Positions 37,264 to 51,179 of a DNA stretch of 64,000 bases are shown in pieces. Under the pieces are notes generated by a model. That model did not search any database and was not told the DNA's origin. It saw only the letters and a program-made list of their open reading frames with translations. Within the stretch, counting starts at the first letter, position 1, and every line of letters starts with the position of its first letter. Made by a program: the position numbers and the translations under genes. Source of the DNA: Mobula hypostoma (Eukaryota); the NCBI RefSeq assembly GCF_963921235.1, contig NC_086107.1, positions 106,022,001-106,086,000 on the forward strand. The letters are read 5' to 3'.

Positions 37264-39809
37264 CTATTACGGGCTGTAACTCACAGTTAATATGACTGAA
37301 TGAACCGAGGCCCTATTTATATCCATAAACCCACGAACACTACCTCACTAATTTGCTCTCTTTTTGCACTACTTTTTTAAAAACGTATTTCTTATTGTAG
37401 CTGATAGTGCTTTTTAAATATATGGCACTGTGCTGGGGGCGCAAAACAACAAATTTCATGACATATGTCATTTTTCTCATTGCTACCGTCAGGAATGAGG
37501 TACAGAAGCCTGAAGGCACACACTCAATGATTCAAGGACACCTTCTTCCCCTCTGATTTCTGAATGGACATTGAACCCACGAACACTACCTGACTTTTAA
37601 AAAATTATTTACGTTTTTGCCTACTATTTTTAATTTAACCAAGTAATATACATTTTTTCTATATTTATCGTGTATTGCATTGTACTCCTGCCACTAAGTT
37701 AACAAATTTCACAACATATGCCGGTGATATTAAACCTGATTCTGATAATGGTCCTGAGTCAGCTCTTGCTTGTCACATGATTTTACTGTAACGCTTTGCT
37801 ACGGCTGCGCCTTGGGGAAAAGCAGTGAACTCAAGCCAATTCTCTCGTGCCATCCCTAGACCAACAGCTGCTGCCTTGTTCCCATCACTGACTGGTCCCG
37901 CACTGTGCTTTCATATATGCTTGAGGTGGGGCCCCAGTCTGCCTGGCTTCACCTCCGCCTACGTCTGGCTCCTGAGCTAAAAGATCGGATTGAAATAGAC
38001 AGCGCATCACCCCAGGGATCTCAGGCGAAAGTGGGGCTGCTTATCCACCTGGGCGATCCACCCTGCCCACCTCTCTTCTTAATGCTTTTAATGCCCCTGA
38101 CACATTGACCCCTCTGTTGCACATACAGTATGAACTGTGTCTCCACTGCAGTGCACCCACTGACCCTGAGAAGATGCTGAAAGCTATATTTTTAGAGCGG
38201 GGGTTCCCAAATTGCCTTTATGCCATGGACCCCTACCGTTAACCGAGGGGTCTGTGCACCCCAGGTTGGGAGCTCCTGGCATAGAGGGACCTCTGTAGAA
38301 CAGAGGGAACCAGGAGCATAAGCATGTAGAAAGTCACGCAGCATCTATAGAGGAAGTAAACTGATGAAGGGTGTTGAGGCAGATGATACGTCTCTACCAA
38401 AGGAGGAACAAGGTGCTCCTTCCCTCCACTAGCCTGCAGGTCACCCTTGGGCAAGATGTGGCACCTGCTTTGCCCCTCGATCAGGGTCATGTGAAACCAT
38501 GGGAGCAGATGGTGGATGGCCATATGAGCAGCTGGTGCAGTATCACAAGTCCTGGTTACACGAGCACTGATGCCAGACAGACAATCTCTGAAGAGGGTTG
38601 ATAATGGCTGGGGGTGGGGGGGTCACCCACCTTGTAAAGGCACTGCCCAGAAGAAGACAATGGCGAACCAAATCTGTAGAAAAATTTGCCAAGAACAATC
38701 ATGGTCACCACGTCATTCGACACGGCACATAATGATGATGTCATATGACACAGCACAGAATGATGATGTCATACAACACAGCACACAAGGAATGAATGAA
38801 AACTGATGAAAGGTCTCAACCCGAAACATCGACTGTTTACTTATTTCCACAGATGCTGACTGACTTGCTGAGAATTCTGTGTGTGTTGTTCAAGATCTCA
38901 GGATCTGCAGAAACTCCTGTGTTTAGAATAATTTGGTTCAATTACAGTAAGAAGGCGTTTGGAGGCCAGCACTAACTTACTGTTCTGAAAGGCCTGTGGG
39001 TCCCTAAAAATGGCATCACAAGCAAGCAGGGAGGTGAAGGAGGCTTCCGGCCCACTGGCCTTCATCAGTCAGGGCACTGGGTCGAAGGGTGAGGACGTTA
39101 TGTCGCAGTTGTGCAAGACGTTGGTGAGACCACAGTAGGAGTATTTTTTCAGTTTTGGCTACCCTTTTGGATTCACAGAGCCATTGAGCCACACAGCAGT
39201 GATACAGCCCTTTGGCCCAACTAACTGATGCTTACCAAACGTCCACACAGCTCAGCTAGTACCAGTTTCCTGTGTTCAACCCATTTCCCTCTAAGCCCCA
39301 CCCCTCCATGTACAGTACTGTCACAAAAGTCTTAGGCACGTGTATACAGCTAGGGTGCCCAAGACTTTTGCACAGTCCTGTAGTAATTTTATGTATCGCC
39401 CTGTACTGCTGTCATACAGAAAAAAACAATTTCATGACATATGAGTGATGATAAACCTGATTCTGATCTGGGTCTCTATTGTGGACTGAGAGTGGGAAGG
39501 GGACAGGGAGAGGGGAATCATGGCTGGGAAACGGGGAAAGGAGAGGGGAAGGGAGAATGAAAGGAGCAGGAAGCATCAGAGAGACATTCTGTAACAATCA
39601 ATTGTTTGGAATGAAATGACTTGCCTGATGTCTCCGGGCTGGGTGTGTCTGCATCCACACCAGTCCCCCACCCCTGTCACTCCTTCTTTGCCACCTGTCC
39701 CACATCTTTTACTCCCACCAGATTTACAAACTCACTCTCCACTCCATGTTAACTAATACAGTACTGTTCAAAAGTCTTAGGCACCCTAACTATATACTGT
39801 ATATGTAGC

Positions 39810-40780
39810 AAGGAGAAGGGAGGGGGGTGGTGGGAGCGAGGAGAGGGGAGGAGGGTGCAGGGAGCAAGGGGAGAGGGGACGGGGAGAGGGGAAGGCCCCT
39901 CCCCTGCCCTTCACCCTCTCCCTCGCCCCTTCCCCCCTCCTCTCCCCACTCTCCACCCAGTCCAACCTCCTCCCCACTCCCTGACCCCTCTCCACCCCCT
40001 CCTCTCCTTGCTCCCTGCATCCTCCCCCTCCCGTCGCTCCCTGCAACCTCACCCCTCCCCTCCCCTCTCCTCACTCCCTCCACCCTCCTCTTCCTCCCAC
40101 CACCCAGCCCCCTTCATCCCTCTCCCTCCTTTCACAGCCCCCTCACCTCTCCCCTCTCCCTCCCTCCTTGCCCCTTTCCCTTCTTCGTCCTTGTCCCTCT
40201 CCCACATTGCCCCCTCTCCTCTCTCTCTCTACCTCTCCCTTCTCCCCCTCCTCTCCCTCCCTCTTCCCCCTCCTCTCCCTCCCTCCTCCTCCCTGTCATC
40301 TCCCTCCCTCTTCCTCCTCTCCCCTCCTCTCCCTTCCTCTTCCTCCCTCCTCTTCCTTCCTCTCCCCCTCCTCTCCCTTCCTCTTCCCCCTCCTCTTCCT
40401 TCCTCTCCCTCCCTCTTCCCCCTCACCCCCTCTTCCCCTCTCCCCTCCTCCCCTCTCCTCCCCTCCCTTCCCCCTCCTCCCCTCTCTCCTCCCCCTCTCC
40501 TCTCCCTCCCTCCTCCCTCTCCTTCCCTCCCTCCTCCCCCTCCCTCTTCTCTCCCTCCCCTCCTTCTCCCTCCCTCCTTCTCTCTTCTCCTCTCTCCCTT
40601 TCTCCTCTCCTCTTTCCCTTCCTTCTCCCCTCCTCTGTCTCTCCTTCTCCTCTCTTCTCATTCCCTTCCTCCTTCTCCCCTCTCCTCATTCCTTCCCTCC
40701 TTCTCCCCCTCCTCATTCCCTCCCTTCCTTCCCTCTCTCCCTCCCTCCTCCCTCTTTCTCTCCTCTCTCCCTCCTCCATC
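39810..40780. repeat. Low-complexity polypyrimidine (C/T) tract, preceded by a short purine block
   Basis: About 900 bp almost exclusively C/T. Confidence 0.95.
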
Positions 40781-41606
40781 TATCAGAAATTCACATGTAA
40801 ATATGTACCAATATCTATCAGCTATAAAAGCCCCCACAGTACGTGACCATATGAAACTACTGAGCCCTCGTCTCTATCCAGGTCAACAAAACAGAGGCCA
40901 AAAATCACTTGATGTTTAACTTCTGAAAGTTGGCTCTTGCGATAGTTCCAGCTCACAAAAAAGAGGGAGTGATGCATCTACTGCCGACTGGCTGTCAGCC
41001 TTCTCTCTGTTTTCTTCTCACCTCCAGACACAAACACCTCCGCAGTCCCGAGAGCCTCTGCCCCCTCGTACCTCAGGAGAAAGTTGGGCTGTAGGTCAGA
41101 TCCACCAGAACGGGCAAGTTTTCAGAACAATGTTGTATGGAGCAGGCTTATATTTTGTCAAGCTTAACAGTGATCCAAATGAGCTGTTTTAGATGATTAA
41201 AGGATTTATGTTAACAAGGAAACAAGAAAGTACCATCCAACCCCATTCTGCCATTCAACTGATGTGGTTAATTCTAACCTAGCTTCAAGTACTCATAACG
41301 CCTCTCATTAGCAAAGTATTTGACAGGAATTTTTATTTTATTCATTTTAAAAGACTTGGGTATTGCTGACAAGACCACCATTGATCGTCCAAACCTACTC
41401 TTCCTTGAGAACATGGAGGTGACCCACCAATTTGAACCACTTCAGACTGGTTGAGTTCCCTGGTTTGGAACCAGCGATGTTGAAGGAGCAGTCCATAAAT
41501 GTCCACTCACAAGCAAGAGAAGATCGGCAGAATCTGGAAATCCAAGCAACCAGAGAAAACCTGCAGGATCTGGAAATACAAGTAACCGGAGAAAATTTGC
41601 AGATGT

Positions 41607-42390
41607 AAACACGAGGAATTCTGCAGATGCTGGAAATTCAAGCAACACACATCAAAGTTGCTGGTGAACGCAGCAGGCCAGGCAGCATCTCTAGGAAGAG
41701 GTACAGTCGACTTTTCGTGCCGAGATCCTTCGTCAGGACTAACTGAAGGAAGAGTGAGTAAGGGATTTGAAAGTGGGAGGGGGAGGGGGAGATCCAAAAT
41801 GATAGGAGAAGACAGGAGGGGGAGGGATGGAGCCAAGAGCTGGACAGGTGATTGGCAAAAGGGATATGAGAGGATCCTGGGACAGGAGGCCCAGGGAGAA
41901 GGAAAAGGGGGAGGGGGGGAAAAAGCCCAGAGGATGGGCAAGGGGTATAGTCAGAGGGACAGAGGGAGAAAAAGGAGAGAGAGAGAAAGAATGTGTGTAT
42001 ATAAATAAATAATGGATGGGGTACGAGGGGGAGGTGGGGCATTAGCAGAAATTAGAGAAGTCAATGTTCATGCCATCAGGTTGGAGGCTACCCAGACGGA
42101 ATATAAGGTGTTGTTCCTCCAACCTGAGTGTGGCTTCATCTTTACAATAGAGGAGGCCGTGGATAGACATATCAGAATGGGAATGGGATGTGGAATTAAA
42201 ATGTGTGGCCACTGGGAGATCCTGCTTTCTCTGGCGGACAGAGCATTGCAGATGTTGGAAATCCAGGAAACAAGGGAAAAACTGCAGATGCTAAGGCAGT
42301 CCTGGCTGAAGGGTCTCGGCCCGAAACGTGGACTGTTTACTCTTTTCCATAGATGCTGGCTGGCCTGCTGAGTTCCTCCAGCATTTTGTG
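41607..42390 (-). mobile_element. Penelope-like 3' fragment plus adjacent opposite-orientation PLE-derived piece
   Basis: High similarity to 19966-20590. GIY-YIG tail ending in the MNIDFSNF frame. Degenerate hammerhead motifs near 41706-41740 and 42298-42335. Confidence 0.85.
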
Positions 42391-42794
42391 TGGGTTCCAT
42401 AAATGCCCATGTCAGGATAGAGAAGGGCAATCAGCAGATTGTGGCATTCATATATGCCTCTTGTGGTGGCATATGTACAGATCATGGTGCTCACAGATGC
42501 CTCCTGCCCGTGACCTTCTTGGTGGCACAGGACTTGGCTTTGGGAGTTGTTATCAGAGCAGCCTGGGCAGGTAACTGCAGTGTGATTTTGTCGACAGTAG
42601 AGGCTGTGGCCACTGAGTACGAGAGGAAATGGATATCCCGGGTGGTGAGTGGGGTACCTTTTAAGTGGGCTACTTTGTCCTGGATGGAGTGTCTTGAGTG
42701 GGGCTGAGGCTGCACTCATCCAGGCAAGCGGACTGTATTCCATTACCACCTTGACTTGTGTCCTGTATTGCTAGTTCCAGGATACTAGAGGGGC

Positions 42795-43222
42795 AGCAGA
42801 GTAGCACAGGGCGGTAGAAGGGAGAAACTCTCCCTGCCATGAACCTCCAAGCGCCGCCAACTCGCCAATGCAGCACCATTGGAAGCACCCGACCGCAGCG
42901 GACTCTGAGTCCGTCCGAAAACTTTGAGCCTCCGACCAGCCCCTCCAACACAGCCTCTCCGAGCACCATCCTCTGCCGAGCGCTTCGACCCTGCCCCGGC
43001 CGCCGAGCAACAAGCAAAGCCGAGGACTCGGGGCCTTCTCCTCCGGAGATTCCGGATCACACAGTAGCAGCAGCAGCGAAGCAGGCATTTCAGAAGTTTC
43101 TCCAGATGTTCCTCCGTGCTCTCACGTCCGTCTCCATCAAATCAGGATTGTGCACGGCACCCTACTTGACAAATAACAGACATCACCACCAGAGTGGCCG
43201 CTGTGAGCCGCGTCACGCCGCC
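42795..43222 (-). mobile_element. Young CpG-rich interspersed repeat (non-autonomous LINE-like); inverted copy at 46832-47490
   Basis: Near-identical reverse-complement translations (MNLQAP...) at 42839 and 47204. Confidence 0.7.
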
Positions 43223-45209
43223 ATCTTCTCCTCCCGCCTGCATTAAATTTAATCTTAGAAGGTTAAAAGATTTGTCTTCTTTTGCACATTGGTTGTCAGT
43301 CTTTGTTGATGTATAGTTTTTCATCAATTTTAATTGTATTTCTTTATTTTTCTGTAAATACCCGCAAGAAAACAAATTTGAGGGAAGTATATGATAACAT
43401 ATACGTAATTAGATGATAAATTTTACTTTGATACCAAAGTTGTGAATTCCACAGACCCAGGTATATTCTACAAGTCCCAGCTCATCCTCGCACCCTTAGC
43501 CCAAAAAGCAAACTGCTGCAGGTTCCAGCACCTGTCTCCTGAAGAACACATGCTCCTGGCTAGATTGGTCAAAGCCAATAGAATGATTGACCAGACTGCC
43601 CCACCATCACTCATTCGATCCTGAACCCTGCCCCAGGCACTCTAGGATTAATGGGTCTTTCACCACCCAGCAATGACTTAAATCGGTGGTTCCTGTAGAA
43701 ATCCCAGACAGAAAATTTAACCCTTATCTCTGTTTACTGACAAAAAAATTCTGCTTTTCTTTAAAGCTCTTCTAAAAAGGGAGAGTGGGTGGAGTGGAAA
43801 CACAAGCTTGTCTGTGTGTGTGTGTTTTTTTAAATATATAAATGTTTTGGTTTGCAGTTTTATTTCTCTCTGATGTCTTTTCTTATTTATGTTCCGTCTG
43901 TTTCCTGAACCTGTGTGCCTATGACATTGCTGTAAGCAAATTTGTCCATTGTACCTGTACCTCACCATACTTGTGAACATAGTCATACACCAACACAGCA
44001 TGGATACAGGCCTTCAACCCAACTAGTCGATGCCAAACATCGAACCCACCCATCTCGAACCAATTTCTTGCGTTCAGCCCAATATCCCTCCATGTACCTG
44101 AGCAAGTGCTTCTTAACTGGCTCTATTTCCTCAACCACTTCTTCTGGCAGCTCGTTCCACGCACTCACCATCCCCTGTGTGAGAAAATCACACATGGAGA
44201 TTTACAAGGATGTTGCCAGGACTAGAGGCTGGTAATCTGGCACAACTAAATGCTGGAGGAACTCAACACTAATGAAGGGTCTTGACCTAAAGAGATAACT
44301 GCTCATTCCCCTCCATACATGCTGCCTTACCCGCTGAGTTTCTCCAGCATTTTGCACATGGTACCTTCTTTTATTTTTTGGTATTGGAGGTGGAAAATGA
44401 ATCCCTTGTCCATCATGATTTGTCATGTGGCAAAACATCAGGATTATAACTAATGAGAGCCGGAAAACACAGCAGGGATCCTTGTAATTCTGGGCATCAG
44501 CCCCAAGAAGTGAAGTCAGATCCCAGAAAGAGAAAAAGTTGCTGTTTAAGCATCTCGCTGCGACCAAGCAACTGGTAAAGGGTGTGATTATGTGACTCAG
44601 GCATGGAGATCTTGAATCGGGCAGACTCTGGTCCAAATTAACTGCAGTCTCATTTTCTGTCAATACCCATAACAATGGCCCTCAGGTAGACAAAGATGCA
44701 TAGTTCTACCCTAAAAGCTATCTGATAAAATGAGTTATCAAAGGCAGTGGGAGCATTGGTTTCTTGCTGGTGAATAGTCCAAGGTAACAATGCCATTGTA
44801 ATAACCATCTTCCCATTTTCTGTCTGTAAACATCCAGATCTTGTTGTCCCAATTCCATCACAATTATGTTGTACCACGGTGCATTCAACTAGCCAGAATA
44901 ATAGTTCAGACCAGACTAGATGGGCTGAAGAGACTTTTCTGTGTTGTAGTGTGCTGTGCCTCTATCCTTACAGCTTGTAGGTACAACCAACTTTCTAATG
45001 CAAATCACCAGTCAAAGAAATCTTAAACCTATTACTGACTCTCAAGTTACCTGTGAGATATATGACAATTGGTTTCGCTGCATCTTCACAGAGAAGAGTT
45101 ATTCAAGTCACAGTCACACTAAGTGCATTGGGATCTAGAAGAGGAATCTCAATGTCAGAAATAAAAGATTTTTCTTGGAAATGGATCATTAAATCATATA
45201 GGGTCCAAG

Positions 45210-45907
45210 TGTAAGGGGGTTTCGACTTTTATGTTACTGTGGAGGCTAATTAAAATGGCGTCTTTGTCATGTTAATCTGGGGAATGCGGCTTTGTTGTGT
45301 TAAACGCTGAGAAAGTTTGCGCTAGCAGCTTGTTTTTGCTTTAGAGTGTGATAAGAGAGTGCTACTAACCAATTGGGATAGTTGTTATGGTTTTGGTGTA
45401 TTTGAAGATACTGTATGCGCGGGGTTTTGGGTCAGAAGGCAGGAGAGCGAGACAGAGGATGGACGAGGTGCTGTGATGTCCGCTAACGGGGTCGGACCCC
45501 GAGGAGGGCGTTCGGCGAGGAGACGGAGACGGACTCGTGTGAAACATCTGATCGACCACCGTTGTTGGTCCCAGGCGGCCGGTCGAGGTGGTCCGAGGGG
45601 TCGCAGGGTGAAGAAGAAGGTCCTTGAGCTCCAATGGTTTTTGTGCACGAAGGGATTGAACTTTGATAAGTGTGGCGCCTTTTATTTTCCTTTTATATTT
45701 CATTCTCTTTTAATTATATAGTTCCAGTAATATCTATAAACTGTATATCATTTAATTGCATCTGGTGTATTGTCTGTTATTCGGGCGGGTTGGGGTACGT
45801 CACACAGCATCCACACAAATGAACTATCCAGTTTGCCGGGGCCGAGGCTGTTTCCCTAGACGACAGCGAGCCGAGCGACCCTGAGGGTGGCCGGGGGGGG
45901 GGCCACA
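45210..45907. mobile_element. Probable solo LTR
   Basis: TGTAAG...CCACA termini with flanks CAAG / AAAG. CpG-rich. Shares TGTGTG(G/A)ATGCTGTGTG in opposite orientation with the repeat at about 3430-4190. Confidence 0.55.
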
Positions 45908-47589
45908 AAAGGTATAATCCATCTCTCCCCCTGTATGCATGTCACCATGTCACACAGCCCCATCCTCTGCCTCCTCAGCACCGTCTGACCACTTTATTCC
46001 CTTGAATAGAAACTCCTACAAAAAGTAGTGAATACAGCCGGGTAAAGCCTTACCCGGGTACATCACCAGTAAAGCCTTCCCCACTATTGAGCACATCTAC
46101 ATGAAATCCTGTCGCAGCAAAGCAGCATCCATCATCATGGGCCCCTTCCACCCAGGTACACACTCTCTTCTCACTGCTACCATCAGGAGGAAGGTACAAG
46201 AGCCTCAGGACTCACACCGCCAAGTTCAGGAACAGTTACCACCCCTCAATCATCAAAGGAGATAGTGTCACTCGACTTGCCCCATCATCGAAATGTTCCC
46301 ACAATCAGTGGGCTCACTTTCAAGGGCTCTTCATCGCATGTTCTCAATATTTATTATTTATTGTTATTGTTTCTTATTTTATGCAGGAAAAAAATATGAT
46401 CGAAGTGACTTTGACTGTGGGATAATTGCGGTGCCAGACAGGGTGGTTTGAGTATCTCAGAAACTGACGATCTCCTGGGATTTTTGTGCACAACAGTCTC
46501 TGGATTTTACAAAGGAAGAGAAAACATCCAGTGGGCAGTAGTTCTGTGGGCAAAAACGCCTTTTTAATGAGAGAGGTCAGAGGAGATTGGCCAGACTAAT
46601 TCAAGCTGACAAGAGGGTGACAGTAACTGGGATAGCTGCGTTTTACAACAGTGCTGTGCAGAACAACATCTCTGAATGCACATTTTGAACCTTGAGGTGG
46701 ATGGCCACAGCAGCAGAAGACCACGTACATACACTCTATGGCCACTTTATCACAGAAGGTACCTAATGAAGTGGCCACTGAGTACATATATTGCACAAAA
46801 ATTTAAAAAAAGTCATAAGTACTTTAAAATACCAGCTCACAGCGGCCACTCCGGTGGTGATGTCTGTTATTTGTCCAGTAGGGTGCCGTGCACAATCCTG
46901 ATTTGATGGAGACGGACGTGAGAGTGCGGAGGAACATCTGGTGAAACTTCTGAAATGCCTGTTTCACTGCTGCTGCTACTGTGTGGTCCAGAATCTCCGG
47001 AGGGGAAGGCCCCGAGTCCTCGGCTTTGCTTGTTGCTTGGCGGCCGGGGCAGGGTCGAAGTGCTCGGCAGAGGATGGTGCTCGGAGAGGCTGTGTCGGAG
47101 GGGCTGGTCGGAAGCTCGAAGTTTCCAGACGGACTCAGAGTCCGCTGCGGTTGGGTGCTTCCAATGGTGCTGCAACGGCAAGTTTGCGGCGCTTGGAGGT
47201 TCATGGCAGGGAGAGTTTTTCTTCCTTCTACCGTCTGCGTGAGATGATGGGGCTATTGGGACTTTGAGACTTTTTTTTTTACCGTGCCCATGGTCTGCTC
47301 TTTATCAAATTACGGTATTGCTTTGCATTGTTTTAACTATATGTTATAATTATGTGGTTTTGTCAGTTTTCGTCTTGGTTTGTCCTGTGTTTCTTATGAT
47401 ATAATTCTGGAAGAACGTTGTATCATTTTTTAATGCACACATTTCTAAATGACAATAAACGAGGACTGAGTGTCCTCATAATCTAATCTAAAAATATTTT
47501 AATAGCACCACTGCCACTTTTGTGGGCCGCTGTGGTGATACAACCTTTCATTGTCTGGGGGGCTTCCCCACCAGACTCAGCCCTATATT

Positions 47590-48110
47590 CAAGATTCAAA
47601 AACTTTATTGTCATTCTAACCGTACATCAGCTCTGCAGGGCAGAATGAGACAGCATTTCTCAGGAGCAGTGCAATCATAACATAACAAACGCAAGACTAA
47701 ATAATAAACATAACATTAAATAGTAAAACACAACAGCCGCATGTCAGTTAAAATCAGTTATAAGTGTCCAGTGCAAGTTAAGAGTGTCCAAAGCAGAGTC
47801 AGGTGGAGCAGCTATTTAGCAGTCTGACTGCCTGTGGGAGGAAGCTGTTTAGTAGCCTTGTGGTTTTAGTTTTGATGCTCCTGTAATGTTTGCCTGATGG
47901 CAGAAGAACAAACAGTTCATGGAGAGGGTGTGAGGGGTCTTTAATGATGTACCGTGTCTTCTGGAGGCATCGACTCTGAAAGAGGTCTTGGACAGAAGGT
48001 AGGGAGACCCCAGTAACCTTCTCTGCTCCCCTAACCACCCTCTGTAAGGCTTTTTTGTCGACAGCACTGCAGCTGGAGTACCAGGTTGTGATGCAAAAGG
48101 TCGGCACACT
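47590..48110 (-). mobile_element. Rex1-like LINE 3' fragment
   Basis: FCITTWY...KALQRVVR...HPLHELFVLLPSGKHYRSIKTKTTRLLNSFLPQAVRLLN. Confidence 0.8.
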
Positions 48111-49124
48111 CTCTTTCTGTAGTGGAATGGCACTAGTGCTCTTCCCCACGGACCTTTTGTACTCAGCAGTCTGAGTTTCCGCCGGTACCCCTGCACCAAG
48201 GGTCGTGTCAGTCAGCGGTATCCCTATGCGGACTTCTCACTGTCTGTGAGCAACACGCACACACAAAACACTGGCGGGACTCAGCAGGTCAGGCAGCATC
48301 TATGGAGGGGAATAAATGGTTGAGGTTTCGGGCCAGCACTCTCCAGGACTGTTCACTTCCCTCTTTTGGGGGTGCCTGACTTGCAGAGTCCCTTCAGCGT
48401 TTTCTGTGTTTTGCTCAAAATTCATAGCATCTGCAGAAACTCTAGTGTCACCGTCCCCGAGGTATCTTGGGATGTTAAGGGTGCTACACAGAGGAAGGTT
48501 TGTTCGTACTTACTGACAGATAATACGCCAAATCTTCATTACCCCAGGACAGAACTGGCACTAATACTTAAACTTGCTGACAAATGTTTTTAATTAAAAA
48601 AGGAAGTCCATTTTTCTAAGCTATTAGTGCTATGTTCATAGTGCGGACTGCTAGCACGAAGTTGATATCGAGAGCAATATCTCAGTTCAATTTGCTCCAC
48701 CATTAACAGTCATCCCTCCAGCAGGAGCTACTGATTATGGGAAGTTGGGACTCCAGCTGGAATTGTGGAATGGTTGAGAAACGCGGGTACAGATGGAGAA
48801 GCTGTGACCCGATTTTGATTTGCTCGGACTTGCAGACCAGGAGGTGATGGTGTAACCACAGAGTGTACGTGTCCAGTCTCAGGCAAACCATCCGACAACT
48901 AAGTGTGACAGTTGTACACAGTTCCTCGTTCTCAGTTAAAGAGGAACTCAACAGAGTAATTTGAGTTGTTTGTATTCACGGTGTTCCTAACCGCCTTCAT
49001 CCTCTATAACCCTCTATCTCTGTAACCTCTTACGATCCCCACTATCCTCTCTATAACCTCCTCCAACTTCCACAAGCTTCTCCATCTCTGTAACCTCCTC
49101 CAAGCCGGACAATTCTCCATCTTT

Positions 49125-49915
49125 CAAACAAGAGAGACTCTGCTGGGAATCCAAGAAACGCACACAAAATGCTGGCGGATCCCAGCAGGCCAGGCAGCAT
49201 CTACGGAAAAAAGTACAGTCGACATTTCAGGCCAAGACCCTTCAGCAGGACTGGAGATAAAAAAGATGAGGAATAGATTTAAAAGATGTGGGGGGGAGAG
49301 ATAAATAAGGTGATAGGTGAAACTGGGAGGGGAAGGATGAAGTGAAGAGCTGGGAAGTTGGTTGGTGACAGAGATACAGGGCTGGAGAAAAGAGACTCTG
49401 ATAGGAGAGGACAGAAGGCCATGGAAAGGGGGGGGGAGGGGAAGCACCAGAGGAAGGCGATGGGCAGGCAAGGAGATTAGGTGAGAGCGGGCAAAGGGGA
49501 TGGGTCTGGTGAAGAAGAGGGCAGGGTGCAGGCGTCATTACTGGAAGTTCGAGAAATTGATGTGCATGCCATCCGGTTGGAGGCTACCCAGGCAGAATAT
49601 GAGGTTGTCCTCCAACCTGAGTGTGGCCTCATCGCGACAGTAGAGGAGGATTGACGTATCGGAATGGGAATGAGAAGTGGAATTAAAATGGTTGGCCACC
49701 GGGAGATCCCCTTTGTTCTGGTGGACGGAGTGTAGATGCTCGGCGAAATGGTCTCCCAGTCTACGTCGGGTCTCACTAATATACAGGAAGCCACACCGGG
49801 AGCACTGGACACAGCATATGATACCAAAAGACTCACAGGTGAAGTGTCGCCTCACCTGGAAGGACTGTTTGGGGCCCTGGATGGTAGTGAGAGAGGAGGT
49901 GTGGAGGCAGGTGAT
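49125..49915 (-). mobile_element. Penelope-like fragment (GIY-YIG) inserted in a degenerate CTCTGTAACC-type tandem repeat
   Basis: ORF 49538-50059 reads HFTCESFGIICCVQCSRCGFLYISETRRRLGDHFAEH. Repeat units flank both sides (49000-49120, 49925-50135). Confidence 0.85.
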
Positions 49916-51179
49916 GGAACCTTCTCCGATCCAGACAATTCTCCATCTCCTAGACCTCCTCCACCCCTGCAACCCCCAACCACTATAACCCTCTCTATCT
50001 CTGTAACTTCTTCCAACACCAACAAACCTCTTATCACCTCCAAATCCTGCAGCCCTCATATCTCAGTAGCCTCCTCCAACCCTATCTCTGTAATGGCCTC
50101 CACCCTCTATACCCTCTCCATCTCTGTAACTGCTCTAGACGTTAGAAGCCGTTTCACTCTTCGACCTCTGTCAACCATTACACCCACTGTATACTTAAGC
50201 ATGCTGAGTCGTAGAATTATGCAGGATGGCAACAGGTTATTCGTCCCACAGTGTTTATGTCAAACAGTGAGCACTTGTCCGTCTCAATCCCATCATCCAG
50301 AACTTGGACTGTAGCCTCCAAAGCCTGGCTGATTCAGTGTTCAATGCCGCCATTGCCCTGCTCTCTCAGGGAATGCTCCAGTCCCCACTAGATCTTCTAG
50401 TCTTTACACTAACTCATTGCTCTCCAGTTTTATCTACTCTACTCTGAGGAAATGTTTCCTGCAGTCAAAATCTATCTATACCAATCATAATATTATAAAC
50501 CTCAATCATGAGCCTTCTTAATCTCTTACATTCCAGGGGAAATGAAGCCAGCCTGTCCCGTCTCTGGAAAACTCCAACCCCAGCAATGTTCAAAGTTCCA
50601 AAATTCCAAAGTACATTCATTATCAAAGTGTGTATTCATTATACAACCTTGAGATTCAACCCCTAACAGGCAGTCACTAAGCAAAAAAACCCAAAAGATC
50701 CCATTAAAAAAAGACCGTCAAAGATCCAATGTGCAGAGAAAAAAAGAACAAATCATGTAAACAATGAACACCAGCAAATATTGTTCTGAACTGAAGCCCA
50801 CAAAGAGAGCAGGTCTATTGATCCTTAGTTCAGCTTAGAGCAGAGTAACAAGCTAAACTGGCCTGACCCTGGCCTTGGGCACCAATACCCTGATCTTTTC
50901 AATCTGGCCCGGCGCCTAAATCATCGTCCAAACATCGGGTTCAGTCGCTTCAATACGCCCTTGTTGCTTAGAACCCGCCTCTTCGATTCAGCCTGTATCC
51001 GACCTTTCCAATTCGGCCCTGCACTTAAATCGATCGAACCTCGGGTCTTCCTCACCCTCGACGATAGGCCCATAGTCTCGTCACGGTTCTGCCACATCAA
51101 ATTGCCTCCAGGTCCAAAGAAAAGCTACAGACTATTCTTTACGGTGATCGTTTGCCAGAAAAAGAGTGATCAACAAGGT

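Noticed and set aside
39827..40919. Pro/Ser/Leu-rich 339-354 aa ORFs (and similar at 31082-31719)
   Set aside because: Translations of low-complexity C/T and G/A tracts.
43717..43775. RALKKSRIFLSVNRDKG resembling RhoGDI ALKK...VNRD
   Set aside because: In RhoGDI those motifs lie in separate exons with different spacing, and there is no good donor here. Probably chance.
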